Shown here: piece by piece, positions 49,996-64,000 of the stretch
Layout: the number at the start of each line of letters is the position of its first letter
Numbering within the stretch: position 1 is the stretch's first letter
DNA from: Eledone cirrhosa
Taxonomy: Eukaryota
Direction of reading: 5' to 3'
Assembly: GCA_964016885.1 (NCBI GenBank)
Contig: OZ024745.1
Coordinates: forward strand, 90,768,001 to 90,832,000
Length of the DNA: 64,000 bases
The notes under the pieces: generated by a model
The model's database searches: none
Told to the model about the DNA's origin: nothing
What the model saw: the letters and a program-made list of their open reading frames with translations, nothing else
Made by a program: the position numbers and the translations under genes

Positions 49996-52395
49996 CTTGT
50001 GTATCCCTGAATACAATGCATGTACAAGTGTGTGCATGTATGCATACACATGCATGTGTGTATACACGTGTGCTGTGTGCATACATGCATACACATGCAT
50101 ACCCACGCAAGTGTGGAAACTGGACATTAAACAATGATGATGGTGATGATTATGATGTACATGTGTGTGTATGCAGGCATACACATTATGATGTACACGT
50201 GTGTGCATGCAGGCATACAGACGTGTGTTGTGCATATTTATACATGTAGTGTGTGTGCAGACATACATGTACATGTGTGTATGCAGACATACATGTGCAT
50301 GTATGCATATACGTGTGTATACATGTGCATGTGTGTATACACATACATGTACATGCACGTATATGCGTGTGCATACTCATACCTGCACATGTGTGTGTGT
50401 GTTCAAGCCAATCAGAAACATTGTTCAGTTTCTTTATACGAGAAGCCTTAGTTCCAGTTTAAATTAAATCACATAAATGACTGAACTCAAATGAGATTTA
50501 CTACACCTATAGTAATAATTCAATACTAGTTTTAGTTTTATTACAACAGCCCTCATGTTGCACCGGCTGACTGCAATGTCTGCAGAACACAAAACTGCAG
50601 CTTTTACAGTCAGTCGCATTAATTAGATTCTGTATTAATTAATACAGTACCAAGTCAACCAAATGAACCTTAATTTCAATCAACTTGAAATAGATTCACT
50701 TTAGTTCTTTTCTGTTTAATTAGCATCTGTATAGAACTGCACTAAAAATATATATTCAACATTATCAACTTCATATAGGCAAGCTGGCAACAATCAAGCT
50801 GATATTCTCTCCAATAATAGCAACTTACTCTAAAGATATGTTTTTACTCAGATATTTCCTTGCTTTATGCTTACTTTCTTCTTTAGATACAAAAACCACC
50901 TTGTTTGACTGCCATCTATGTAGAGGATATTCTTTCTAGTTGATCTTTAGATATTGGGATGATATACAATCTAAAGATAGAAAATTCACAGCGTTTAACC
51001 CTTTAGCATTTAAACCGGCCATATTCGGCCAGAATTCTCTTACCTCCTCCTGTTCAAACTGACTGTAACCGGCCACTCATACTGATGTTAAGGTATTGTT
51101 CTCAAAATAAATAATATCAAAATCTCATAGGTTCAATATTATGTGAGGTAAAGCCTTTACCGCGAAAATACAATAGTATATATAGAGTAATGTAAATGAT
51201 CTTCCACAACTTTATAATGATAATCACTGCATATATATATTTTCAGCTTTGTAAAAATACAATGTTGTATCTCAACACCCACCATCATCCAACTTTTATA
51301 TGCAGGATCATTAAACATAACTGGATCATTAACTATAACTATTTATATAATAGCCTCAAACTACTATTATTTGTTCTTTCACTTTAACCTTCTGGAGCTC
51401 CAGGTGCATTAAGTCACCTACAGAGTAATCTCCCCTTAATACATAATGCAGTGTCAAAGGAAACAATTCATTTCTAGCATACTGAAGGTTAAAGTAAACA
51501 AGACTTCCTTTTGTTGAGTTATGAAAAAAAAAGAAAAAGCAAATAAATCTCTGGTAGGATTTTAAATTAAAACTGTACAGAAGAAATCTAATGTAACGAC
51601 AAGGAACAAAAGGTTAACTGAACTACAATCAAGAAATGAAAATTTCATAATCTAATAAACCTTTCTGAATATTTTAATATTCTCAATGCACCACCTTTAT
51701 TAAGCTTAATTGTCAACCTCGTGATGGGTTAATGTGGGCAAAGATAAAGAAAACTAACAAGCAAAAGTATTAATAGTAAAAAAGCATACTCCAGTTAATT
51801 ATTCAACAAACATTCTTCAAGACAATTAGTAGTGAATAGAAAAAACAATACAAGTAATAGGTTTGGTCAAACAATGAGAAATGTATTAAAAACATGCAAA
51901 CTAATTCAAAGATCTCAAATGAACTGATTTGTTTTGTTGATTTTTGTTTTGTTTTTTTTTTTGCTTATATATTCGGTTTCCTAAATAGAATATTAGTCTA
52001 CGACTTCATTTACACCATAAACAAGGTTTTGTCTTTGCGTGTATTTGTTCTCATCGCTCCACATAACGATGTATTATCTCCGCTTTTTTCCGTTCATTGC
52101 CAGGGAACGTCTTCACGAACCAAAGTATCGTCTTCCTGTTTTCCTTCGGTTGCTACGTTTTTCGAAATATTTACTTCTGCATTCACAGATTGATTTTTTT
52201 AGTTTCAGAAGAAACCGTTAAGGGTGAAAGCAGCAATTCTTTGCTTAAACTTTAATCTGTTATTTTAATAAATATTTGCTCTAGGGTTCTTATATATTTG
52301 ATATATATTTATCCTTATCGAGCCCTCTTTGGATTTTAGTCTTCAAATTTATTATTATTATTATTATTATTAATATATATATATATATATAATAT

Positions 52396-52748
52396 GGAGG
52401 CACATGGCTTAGTAGTTAGAGCATTGGCCTTGCAATCGAAAGGTTGCGAGTTCAATTCTCAGACCGGGTGATGTGTTGTTTCCTTGAGCAAGACACTTTA
52501 TTTCACATTGCTCCAGTTTACTCAGCTGTAGAAATGAGATGATAGGGACTGGGGTCCCTATCATTCCACTGCAAAGTGGTCGTGCAGGTGCCACGGCAAA
52601 AAAAGCACCCAGCACTCACTGTAAATGAGGTTGGTGTTAGGAAGGGCATCCAGCTGTAGAAATCAAGCCAGAATCAGTTCCCGTCCCACCCTTGCAAGCA
52701 GGGAAAAGCGGACGTAAAATGAAATGAATGATGATGAAATGAAATGAT
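52396..52748 (+). mobile_element. SINE family A copy
   Basis: Full tRNA head to RTE tail. Confidence 0.88.
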
Positions 52749-52756
52749 ATATATAT

Positions 52757-53073
52757 TTAGAAAGTGAACAACACAAAATATAACTACTCCATTACCAAAG
52801 GTTTCTGGATCACAGACAATAATGATATATACGTCTGGATCGTTCGTCAGACAGAGATGTTATGGCCCCTTTTGAATCCGACTTAGTTAATGATTAACCA
52901 ACTAAAAGTTTTAGAGATAACATCTGTCTGACAAACGATCCAGACATATATATCATTATCATCTGTGATCCCAAAACCTTTGGTAATGGAGTAGTTATAT
53001 TTTCTAATTAAATAGCTCTGTTCTATACATAGAGCCCCCTTTTTTGCCTTTGCTTTTCCTTTGGAATTACGTA
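52757..53073 (+). mobile_element. Fold-back pLTR-like remnant
   Basis: About 87-bp inverted arms 52776-52863/52917-53003; GCTC..GAGC hairpin at 53015-53035; TA tracts on both sides. Confidence 0.65.
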
Positions 53074-53809
53074 ATATATATATATATATATATATAAACA
53101 CTTTTAGCTTGTTGGCTATATTTTATATATAAAACACACTGATTATGTGACCCTGCTACTTGTTTTCGCTGTCTCTCATCACATCTAATAACTTCTACTT
53201 TAATGTATTCTCCATAAGCAAAAATAAAACATAACAAAAATCAACAAAACAAATCAGTTCGTTTGAGATCTTTGAATTAGTTTGCATGTTTTAATACATT
53301 TCTCATTGTTTGACCAAACCTATTACTTGTATTTTATTTTTTCTATTCACTACCTATTGTCTTGAAGAATGTTTGTTGAATAATTAACTGGAGTATGCTT
53401 TTTTACTATTAATACTTTTGCTTGTTAGTTTTCTTTATCTTTGCCCATATATATATATATAGATATCATCATGTAATGTACCCTTTCCCTGCTAGCAAGG
53501 ATTGGACAGGCCTCACAGAGCGAGTCTGTACTGAAGCAGAGCCAGAAACATTGTTCGCATCTCACTTACAGCATTCTACCAAGTGCATTTTCTCCATGGC
53601 ACCAGCACTAGAAGGGATGTCATGTCTTTGACACAACTAGAGTCTTCCCAACCTTCAACGGCTAGATGCCCTTCTTAACACAAACCACTTTATAGCGTGT
53701 ACTGGGGGAGGGCTTTTATCATGCAGATCACCAGCACTAGAGAGATTTTCATGTCTTTGACAACTGAATGGTCCTCCCAACCCTTTGCTTGGCAGGTGAT
53801 GCGTACATG

Positions 53810-53966
53810 TTCATTTTATTAAGGCTAAACAGTGAGTCCTGTTACTCTGGAGCTCCGCCTGTTTATAAACTCTAGAGTAACAAAACGCACTATTTAACCT
53901 AAATAAAATGATTATCAAAACTCTAGTTTGGTATTGAGTACTCTTTTCTCTCAGTCATCAACCATG
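53810..53966 (+). mobile_element. Fold-back pLTR remnant with hammerhead-like 3' half
   Basis: Imperfect palindrome 53812-53911; AAACTCTAGAGTA (palindromic stem III) at 53867-53879; ACTC..TTGAGTAC at 53920-53941. Confidence 0.6.
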
Positions 53967-55764
53967 TGCATGCATGTGTCATAAAACTGTCGGGAACTCG
54001 AATGCAGAATGGCTGTAAAACAGCTAACTGCTATGAGTTAATGAAATCAATTAAAACAAGTACATAGGAAACCAGCTTGCTATTTTATGATAACAAACTT
54101 TGTTAAAAAGTTAACAACCAAAAGCACACAATACTAGGTGTAACACATAAATGCTGTATCAATGGATATAACATAGCAATAACCGAGATCTCTGGCAGAA
54201 GACCCAACTTTCCATGAGCACAGGCCGAAGATGAAGCATATATACAGTATGCACCACCCCATTCCACCCTCCCATACATCTCTCATGAATACAGACCAAA
54301 ACACTACAAAGTGGTCGTGTAGGTGTCACGACAAAAAGCACCAGGTCCACACAGTAAAGTGGTCATGGAGGTATCACAACAAAAAGCACCCAGTACTCAC
54401 TGTAAATGAGGTTGGCATTAGGAAAGGCATCTAGCTGTAGAAACCAAGCCAAAATCAGTTCTGTATGAGCAAGACATGATCACCTGACCTAACATTGCCC
54501 ACAATAGAACAACTCGTCTAACCTATGCCAGCGTGGAAAAATGGATGTAAAACGATGATGATTATGATGAATACATCAGTACACCTAAACGAATAGTACA
54601 CTAAACTAATCAATCAAGAGTTAGAATTTATCCTTGCGTAAATTACATTACAATACAATATTAACCCTTCACAATATATTGCCTGCAGTCATGGTATTTA
54701 GAATCACTTGAGTTACATTCCTGTCAAAACATCTGTTAAGTCTATCCACCTCCAACCAACTCATAGATATTTCTATTGACTACAATCTTGCTTTGTAACA
54801 GGTTAACTTTGTAAAATTATTTGTTTTGACTTCTGCTTTTTTTTTCTGGTGAAAACATTGTGAAAGGTGTCAACCATAAATTTGATTTTAGAAAGACAAA
54901 AAAAATAAACTTAAATAACATGAAATTCAACTTTACTATAATGAAATTCAGTACATCTTTAAGTTATACAATATAATTTTGTAAATCTGCATTAATGAGC
55001 ACGCATAATAACTGTGTGGTTAAGCAGTTTGCTTTGAAACCATGTGATTTGGGTTCAATCTTACTGTGGGATTTTCAGCAAGCGTCTTCTACTATCGACT
55101 CAAGCCAACCAAAGCCTTGGGAGTAAATTTGAGAGACAGAAATTATAAGGAAACTTGTTACGTATGTGTTTGTAAGTGTGTGTGTGTGTTTGTATTTGCA
55201 AGTGCGAGTGTGTGTGTTTGTATTTACAAGTGCGTGTGTGTATACACTCACATATCTATGAATGTGAGGGGGCGACGTATGTGTGTATGCTTGTCATCGC
55301 AAACCTCGTAGGTATAAGTTGGCATCTGGAATGGCATCCAACTGTAGAAAATCTTGCCAGCAATAGAACTCATCCAACCCATGCAAGTATGGATAAATTA
55401 AATAAAAACAATGATGACTGATGGTGAACCTAAATCTATAATTTATTTAAATTTTGATGCAACTTATAGGGAAATATAAAACTTAGTCATTAGCGCTATC
55501 ATTCGTTTTACTACACTACAGCCACATAATAAGTTTATGTCTTAAAATCCTGTAATGATTAAGCAAAAAATGTCTTTAAATGGCTTTTTTAATTCAAATG
55601 TTTAAAGTATCTTGACAAGTCAACAGATCATTGTGAAAATTTGCAGTACGAGAATATAGACTTCAATGTAATGCAGTCATCATCGTCTTTACGTCCATTT
55701 TGCATGGGTTGGACGGGTCCTTCTCAGCACAACATCACTCCACTTGTCACATCCCTTCATCAGG

Positions 55765-56880
55765 TAGACACGGTTCTGGGACAGCATTCCTCATCATATG
55801 AGAGGTCATCTGGTGTACCACAGGGATCTGTTCTTGGCCCCCTTTTGTTTGTGGCATATATTAATGACATAGATGCCAACTTAAACAATGCCACAGTACT
55901 AAAGTACGCAGATGACATCAAGCTGTACCTTGAGATAAAAAGGACAGATCCTGAACACTAGATCTTGCTTGCAGTCTGACCTGGACACAATGCAACAATG
56001 GATCTCAGACTGGCAACTCAAGCTAGTTGTGGACAAGTGCACCACCATGCATTTTGGGTGTAAAAACCCAGTGTCCACACACTGCCTCCACAGCACTAAT
56101 ATCAAGAAGTCTTCTTGTGAACGTGACCTGAGCATTACAGTTAGCAGCAATGTGTGTTGGACGAAACACGTCTCTAAAATTATCAAGAGGGCCGAGGGTG
56201 TCTTAGCATCACTCAGCAAGACCTTTGTCAGCCGCTCTCCAGCTATCTATTTAAGGCTGTACATGACTATGGTGTGGCCACACTTAGAATTTGCATCACC
56301 AGTCTGGAACCCCTATCTTGCTCAGAACATTGACCGCCTGGAAACTGTTCAGATGCGTGCAACCAAGTGAATACCCTCCATCAGGCATCTACCATACTCT
56401 GAACGCCTTGTTTCCCTGGGCATGGATACATTAAAGCTCCGATGCCTGGCAACTGACTTGGTAAACACCCACAAAATTGTTAACCATCTTGCCAACAACA
56501 ATCCTGAGTACCTTTTTGATTTCCATTTGTCTAACACACGTGGGCATGCCCACAAAGTCAGAAAACAGCACAGTTCCCATGACTTTCGGAAACATTTTTT
56601 CACCCTCAGAATTGCTGAAGCATGGAACAAACTACCTGCATCAGTTATTAGCTGTCGAAACTCTGCATCCTTTAAAACCTCCATGCTTTCTGAGATTCAC
56701 CAACACTACACCTAATATTCCCCCTCCATACACATACACACATGTATATCATGACTCATCCACTATTCACTTCCCTGACATTTGTATATTATTCTATGTA
56801 CTATACATGCACCTTTGACGAGTTGTAGTGCACCTGAGCACTTTACCCAATAATTTCATTATTATTATTATTATTATTAT
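55765..56880 (+). mobile_element. 5'-truncated CR1-clade LINE nested in an RTE 3' fragment
   Basis: SGVPQGSVLGPLLF..YINDI, KYADDIKLY, HLEFASPVWNP, TRGH..K, FF..R...WN.LP; (ATT)n tail; RTE halves at 55677-55762 and 56879-57025 (minus). Confidence 0.9.
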
Positions 56881-58100
56881 CTCCTCTGTCAGTCTTAGCA
56901 ATTTGAGGTCAGCTCTCACAACCTCTGCCCAGGTGTTTCTTGGTCATCCTCTACTACAGCTTCCTTCCACTGGGATTTCGTGGCATTTCTTCACCCAGCA
57001 GTCATTGCACATGCACATCACCCCAGCGATCATTTAATGCAATACAGTCATAATGCTATTTAATTTTATATTTTTCAAGAATGCTTTGCTAATGCTCTTT
57101 CATATGCTACAAGACAATACGAGTTAAGTGAATCAATTTATTTGCCAAAATAGAAAAATTAGATAGAATGAAATTAGCTTTTTGAGAAATTATATAAAAA
57201 TCAAAAGAAACTGAAAATACTTAAGGCAAATCAACCACAACAGCCTGAGATTAATTTTAATGAATTTTAAACTTCAATAATCAAAATCTAAGCAGATGAA
57301 AAAAATAACGACTTCTCACCAGGAATAATTCTTTTTTGAAACTAGCATGAATAGGATAGATTTTGTGGGAGCAATTATTTTTATAGGTGGCCATCCTTCC
57401 TATTCTAAACACTTGTCTATAAAGCAAGTGAGAAACCTGCTTGACAATGAGGTTCACTCATAAAAGAAAATATGTGTGTGCTTTGCCTAGTATCAAGGTT
57501 ACAGTAAAATTTCAATACAAAACTATGTAGACAATAGTTCAATACCTTAACATCAGTCATTGTACTTAATGATCTTTTAGTTATATTTACTTTATTAATT
57601 AGTCAGAGATTATACCTAGAAACAGAAGAGATAAAGTATAAAATAACTGAGTGAAAAAGGGTTAAATCTTATGATAAAGTTGTTGAAAGAATTACTACTT
57701 ACTCTGATTTTAAAAACAGTTTTGAGCTGATAGAATACTTTTGAGTCTCAAATAATAAAGGTGATTGGAATAAGTGGGGTGGGGCTGTCGTTTAGTTTAC
57801 ATATTGAGACCCTAACCCATCCTATTTATTTTATAATGTATGGGATTTCTAGTAATGAACTTTTTTTGTCATGTATAATGTTTTTTAATGTAGAAAGAAA
57901 ATTGTCACAGGAGTGCTACCACTTAAAATAAAATTTTACCGGAGATAGATGAGCAAAATTTAGTAAGCAGAGGGTGGTGGGAATAAGAGGGGAGGGTGGA
58001 AAATCTGAAAAGTTAATAAGAGAAGGGGAGGGGGCGATTATTCGAGACCTGAGAGTAGTTTAAAGTGAGAACTAATATGAAGTAATAATAATTATATATA

Positions 58101-59035
58101 TCATCATCATTTTACGTCCGCTTTTCCCTGCTTGCAAGGGTTGGACGGGTCCTATTCAGCACAGCAACTCTCCACTTGTCACGGTCCTTCGTCATCTCCT
58201 CGGTGAGTTTCAGCGATCTGAGGTCTGCTCTCACCACCTCTGCCCTTGTTTTTCGTGGTCTACCTCTACTGCGTCTTCCTTCTACTGGGATTTCTTGGCA
58301 CTTCTTTACCCAGCGGTCATCTTCCATGTGCATCACATGTCCATACCATCTCAGCCTTCTCTCCTGCACACCACAACTTATCGCTCTTATACCCAGTTTC
58401 TTTCTCGACTCGTCCATGCTTGGTCGTTCACGCACATTGACATTGCACATCCAATGGAGCATACTTGCTTCATTTCTCTCCAGCCGGCGCATATCCTCTG
58501 CAGTTGCTGCCCATGTCTCACTACCATGCAGCATCGCGCTTCTCACACAGGCATCATATAACCGTCCTTTCGTATGCAGGGAGAAACTCTTCTTTGTCAA
58601 CAGAGGAAACAGCTCCCTAAACTTCTTCCAACCCGTCCTTATTCTAGATACTATGGCCTCGGAACACCCCCCTCCCATGCTAATCTGATCACCTAGGTAC
58701 CGGAAGCTATCAACCACTTCCATAGAACCCACCTGCATTGGAAAAATGTGTCTATCACTGCAATTACTACTGCCAACTTTCCCTGTACATCTACTGCATA
58801 CATAGTTTTCCCTACCTGTTAGTTTGCCTGCTATCCCACTACATCTCTGCATTGCATACATTTTATGGAATTTATGCCAGTTCCTTTCCTGCATATCGAA
58901 TATGGCCATTTCCCTGATGGTATCAGAGTATTGTCCTCTCTTCTACTTATCAACACTTTTGTCTTATCTATGTTCACTCTCAGGCCTATTGATTCCAAAT
59001 GCTGTTTCCATAGTCAGAATTTATTCTCCAGTTCC
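58101..59035 (-). mobile_element. 5'-truncated RTE LINE
   Basis: ORF 58112-58909 matches the RTE C-terminus; (GAT)n tail. Confidence 0.92.
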
Positions 59036-59193
59036 TTGTATTTCGGCCTGTTCAGCCCCCTGCCGCTATGAAGGTATTTAACTATGTACACGACATCCCA
59101 AATCACTGACCACTCCCCATGACAGACAAGAAAAACAACAAACTTTTAGGATTTTTTCTTAAATTTTTTTGCTTTGACTGCATGCCTATATAT

Positions 59194-59390
59194 GGACTGA
59201 ACCCCTTGATAAGTTCAGCTAGATTCCTGCCGTTCTAATACTGGTGGCTTAGTTCAGATCTAGCTGTCGAAACAGCTGGAGCTCAGCCGTCGGGGTCCTG
59301 ACTCTTTTCCGATTACCCACTCTAATACCCTAAGTATTGAGTACTCTGGTGTGTTATGGTCCACCTGGTATCTTACCACACCCTCTTTGT

Positions 59391-59394
<4 letters not shown>
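59194..59394 (+). mobile_element. pLTR remnant with complete but mutated hammerhead
   Basis: ACCCC-TTGATAA-GTTCAGCTAGAT...ATCTAGCTGTC-GAAACAGCTG-GAGCT-CAGCCGT-C-GGGGT (59201-59296); ACTC..TTGAGTAC at 59319-59344; ends at (TA)n. Confidence 0.7.
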
Positions 59395-59425
<31 letters not shown>

Positions 59426-60790
59426 ATTATGACCAAGATGAAATTTCTAAAAAGCCTACAATAGTTACTCAATTAAAAAAGAAATCAAGAAAGTTTCAAT
59501 TCAAGAATTGAAGCAATATGCTACTATATCGTTAGACACTTGCTTCACTAATCACAGTTACGCAATAATGCTGTCTTTGTGACAACACTTTCTATGGATG
59601 CTTAGTCAGCCATGTTTTTATAAATTTCTATTTATATGGCAACAACTTATGGGCTTGTTCCTTATGTCAGTAGGTCGACAGTTTCAAATTCAGAAATGAA
59701 ATCAAGTTGTACAATAGTAATCTTACATGTCCGACAAACATTCCCAAAGTCATTTCCACCTTCTCAGAAATCTATAGTAATAAAAATAAAAACAATTTGT
59801 GCAATCCTAGTGCAGTCACTTATAAATCTCTCCTATTAAACAACTGTGACATGTAACATTTCAGATGTCTGAATAAATCTGGGTGTGATTTCAGATGTCT
59901 GAATAAATCTGGGTGTGACTTCATATTAGTACATTAATGATTGTCAACAGTTATACCAAGACCTCACAAAAACGAAGATACTCTCATAACACAATTTAGG
60001 AAAAAATTAACAATGATATAATTCAGAAACAAATTACTACTTTTTTTCTCTTTTTGCTTGTATTACATTTGTGTTTAGCTGGCAAGGACCAGAAATCATC
60101 AATTTAACAATCTTTTTACCACAATTAATATCATGTCTCTCCATTTATCCCTGTTTTCCATAAATACTTCTAACTACCACCAATTACTACTCCTAAATAT
60201 CTCTAGTCTAATTCAATTTTCCACTAGAAAGTGGTTGTTTATCTCTAAGCTAGCCTTGATGATCAAACAGATTTATGGTCAAAGATGTTCCAGCCATGGG
60301 CTTTTGTTTTTCAGTCAGTCTATTTAGAACTACATTATGCAATATATTTTCTCATATTTTCTAAGATAATAGTGTGAATCAAGGGAGATTTAGTTGCTAT
60401 TTCTTATAGGTCAAATGACTATATTAATTCAACAAAAAGGTGTGTTATTTGTTGAAAACCATTAGAGGAAATCACTTCCTTAACAACTATGTCACCTTCT
60501 CAACTCATGACAACTGCTATAGACTTTACTAAGCTATATTCGCTAGAACCCCCCCCCCCCTCTAGAATCTTGCTCTTGAGAACTGTTTACCCTTAACTGC
60601 ATCTACCATAACGGTCAAAAGTTTTCTGTACTGCATATGTCAACATAGTCTGACATGCATACAATCAACAAAGGTATACTCTAGGGTTTGATTATATCTT
60701 CCACATTAATCTTTCTCGATATTCACAATATTAACTCAGTCTGTCCTCTCTAATCACACAAGCTCCCTTCACTCTTAACCTCTCCACATA

Positions 60791-62089
60791 CACTTGTGTT
60801 AAAAAAAAATGAGCCACGGTAATATTATAAGAAAAAGTAGATATGACGTGTTTTGGGATGTAATAAGTGAATATTAATGGATAGTTTTTATTTTTCAGAT
60901 TAATAACATTACATCATATAGTTTCTAATTTAAAATGACTCCCCAGAGAAAAGGAAAATTTCTTGATGAGAAAACAAAAAGCAGAATTGCAGGATTAAGG
61001 CAGGACATTTTTGATCTTCTCAAGAAAATCTTGAAACATCTCTGTCAACTGTGAAGCAAATTGGTCTAAGATACGAAACAAAAGGTTCTGTATCAAGGAA
61101 ATCGGGGTCTGGTCGCCCTACAGCTTCCACAGTCAAGGATGGTCACAGGCTGAAAATGACTGTTTTGAAAGATCGGAAGAAAACCTTTGCTGATCCTTCT
61201 AAACAATTTAAAACAGCAAATGGGAACTCACTTTCTAGAATTACAATATCTAGAAGAATGAAAGAAATGGGATTCACTTCAAAAAGATGTGCAAACAAAC
61301 TCTTGCTAACCAAGAAGAACATCAATAATAGAAAGACATTTGCTTCCTATTATGACAAGAAAGATGCAGAGTGGTTTAGTAACGTTATCTGGTCTGATGA
61401 ATCGCAATTTTGTCTTTCTAGTGATGCTCCCGAACGCTGCATTAGAAGATCAGATGAAAGATTTCTACCAAGTTGTATCAAAAGCATGGGAACGGAGGAA
61501 TAATGGTGTGGGGAGCCTTTACTGCTGCAGATGTTGGCAAACTGATACGGTGTGATAAGTCAATTAATGCAAAAGAGTACATTAAAATACTAAAAAAAGG
61601 GCTTCTGTCAAGTATTCAGCAGCTGGGAATATCACAAAACATGATATTTCAACAGGACAATGCTCCTGCACACACGGCTAAGATAACTGAAAAATGGTTA
61701 GCTGATTATTCAATTGATGTAATGTTTTGGCCTGGCCAAAGCCCTGATTTAAATCCAACTGAGAATATTTGGGCTATTATTTCTCATTCATTATCAGGGA
61801 AAACTTTTCCGAATCAAGAAAAGCTATGGGAAGCAGTTCAGAATGAGTGGAATAACACCTCCTCATCACAGTGTTGAAGTTGGTTGAGAGCATGCCTAAA
61901 AGAATTTCTTGTTTGAAACAATTCAAAGGAAATTCTATTCCATACTAATGATGTGATGAAGTAAATGTCTTGTTCTAGTTATATTGTATCAGTTGATATG
62001 TTCACAGTTCATTTATAACGCATATAATGTACCATTTCGTTCAATAAATGATGAAAGGTAGCTTGGCCCATTTTTTTTTAACACGAGTG
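60791..62089 (+). mobile_element. Tc1-family DNA transposon (DD34E), full-length, transposase frameshifted
   Basis: TIRs CACTTGTGTTAAAAAAAAATGAGCCA / TGGCCCATTTTTTTTTAACACGAGTG; TA TSD on both sides; WSDES, FQQDNAPAH, SPDLNPTE with 34 residues between D and E. Confidence 0.95.
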
Positions 62090-63649
62090 TAGGTATCAGT
62101 CAAATACAACCCAATACACATGAACATGTTCTATGAGGACATCACAACCTAGTCTCAATCACCACCATCAAGTGAATGATACAACATATTTGAACAATTA
62201 TTCCTACAATAAAACATTCTCTCTATTCTGAGTGACATACAAACAAAACCTTCACATTTTTTAATAAATGCTGGTTTTTACATAGTTGATGCCATTCCAT
62301 GGTAACGAAACATGTATAACATAGCAAAGAATGCATTGTAAAGGTTGGGTTTCCTTTTCAGGACTTAAAACTTCTTCAGCATTGCACAGTTAATAACTTT
62401 CTACAGAGCACAAGCACCACTATTCATCCATCACATACATACAAATTCTAATAAAATAGCAGAAAAAAAATAGCCATCTGGCTGTTAGATAGACCTTCAC
62501 TACATACATAGACAGATCTTCACTACATATATAGATAGATATTCACTACATAGATAGATATTCACTAGATACATAGATAGATCTTCACATACATACACCT
62601 TCCTTGAGTTTCCTCTGCAGCTCTCACTACACTCTCTGTTCCTCTAAACTTACTAATTTGCCCCACTCTCAATTAAACACATTCAATGTAGTTTCTTATC
62701 TCATTTCTCCTGCAGTATCTAATCCACTAGACCCTGTACTAAATATTTCCTCTATCCCAAAAGTGCATTCTTATTCAGAAAGCAAAAAACGATCTATTAT
62801 TTTCTCTTATTAACTAACTTTCACAAGTTCACACTGATCAACAATTACACTGACCTCACAAAATTGGCTATCATCCAATCATGGGTACAGCCCTTCATCC
62901 AAAAACTAAAGAGTAATAATATTTATTAAAAAAATACTTCTTTATAGATGTTCATAGACTGGATAACAATAAGAAGATTATTTTCCTTCTGATAACTACT
63001 ACCAGCTCTAAATTAATTAGATCATGATTGACTATCTCACAATATATCATTATGCAAATTAGTTCTGTTAGGTATAATTTTGTTTACATTTTAATAAGTA
63101 GCCTTCAGCATCATATGAAAGAGGGGAAGGATAGGTCATCTATAATGAGTTGTTAAATAACAACAAAACTATTAATTTAATTCATCAGAATTGAGAGTTC
63201 AATCTCACAAATAAATGTGACACCACTCCCACCATTTTTATTTCAAAATCCAAAGTGATTATATAAGTCCTCTTAAACAAAGTGATCAGAATGGTCAAAT
63301 ATGATTAGCACAATTAAGTGTTTAATTTTGATTGTTGAATGTTAATTTGAAAGATTTTATGTTGAATAAAGTTTCAAATGGTTAGAGTTACTGAAAATAC
63401 TTTTAAGAAAAAGTCAGATGAAGAAATTGAAAGTTTAGATGTGGAACAAAGGCCATGGTAGAAGCAGTATAAGAAACAGAGAGAAGATAACCCTCAACAG
63501 TTTCATAGTAATACTAACTATTTTCACATCTATTTTCATTTTACTGTTTTACATGCATTTGTCCATACTTACATAAGAGAGTCATGGTGGTAATTGTTTT
63601 TTTTTTAAAGATGATTGTTAACCACTCAACTATGGAACAAGCAGGGATA

Positions 63650-63987
63650 TCATCATCATCATCATTTTACGTCCGCTTTTCCCTGCTTGAAAGGGTGGGA
63701 CGAGAACTGATTCTGGCTTGATTTCTACAGCTGGATGCTCTTCCTAACACCAACCTCATTTACAGTGAGTGCTGGGTGCTTTTTTGCCGTGGCACCTCCA
63801 CGACCACTTTACAGTGGAATGATAGGGACTCCAGTCCCTATCACCTCATTTCTACAGCTGAGTAAACTGGAGCAATGTGAAATAAAGTGTCTTGCTCAAG
63901 GAAACAACACATCACCCGGTCTGAGAATTGAACTCACAACCTTTTGATTGCAAGGCCAATGCTCTAACCACTAAGCCATGTGCCTCC
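63650..63987 (-). mobile_element. SINE family A copy
   Basis: Near-identical to 1815-2158. Confidence 0.88.
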
Positions 63988-64000
63988 ATATCTATGACCA

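Noticed and set aside
52396-52470. Possible tRNA genes
   Set aside because: A/B boxes present but no complete cloverleaf; they are SINE heads.

Overview
AT-rich animal genomic DNA. The repeat content (several tRNA-derived SINE families, RTE/CR1 LINEs, Penelope-like elements, (TA)n/(CA)n tracts) suggests a mollusc, probably an octopus; this is inference. The window is mostly intron of a minus-strand STE20-family kinase gene (SLK/STK10-like), with two clean in-phase exons (23248-23446 and 20494-20566). The remainder is a dense transposon landscape: two near-full-length RTE LINEs in opposite orientation flanking those exons, Hydra-like and Neptune-like Penelope-like elements (PLEs), a hAT transposase pseudogene, a Tc1 (DD34E) element with TIRs and TA TSD, a CR1 fragment, non-autonomous Helitrons, piggyBac/hAT MITEs, SINEs and minisatellites. 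The signal that ORF-level annotation misses is an RNA-structure system. About a dozen short non-coding, (TA)n-embedded, mostly fold-back elements from several unrelated sequence families carry minimal type-I hammerhead ribozymes (intact-looking at 2637-2679, 18585-18629 and 26640-26682; split or decayed elsewhere). Many of these elements also share a second 3' stem-loop, ACTC-N8..24-GAGT (usually TTGAGTRC/TTGAGTTC, once GCTC/GAGC), which recurs in the pLTR of the coding Hydra-like PLE. A 7.2-kb hAT shell with perfect TIRs and an 8-bp TSD encloses about ten nested insertions. All calls were made by eye, without database searches.
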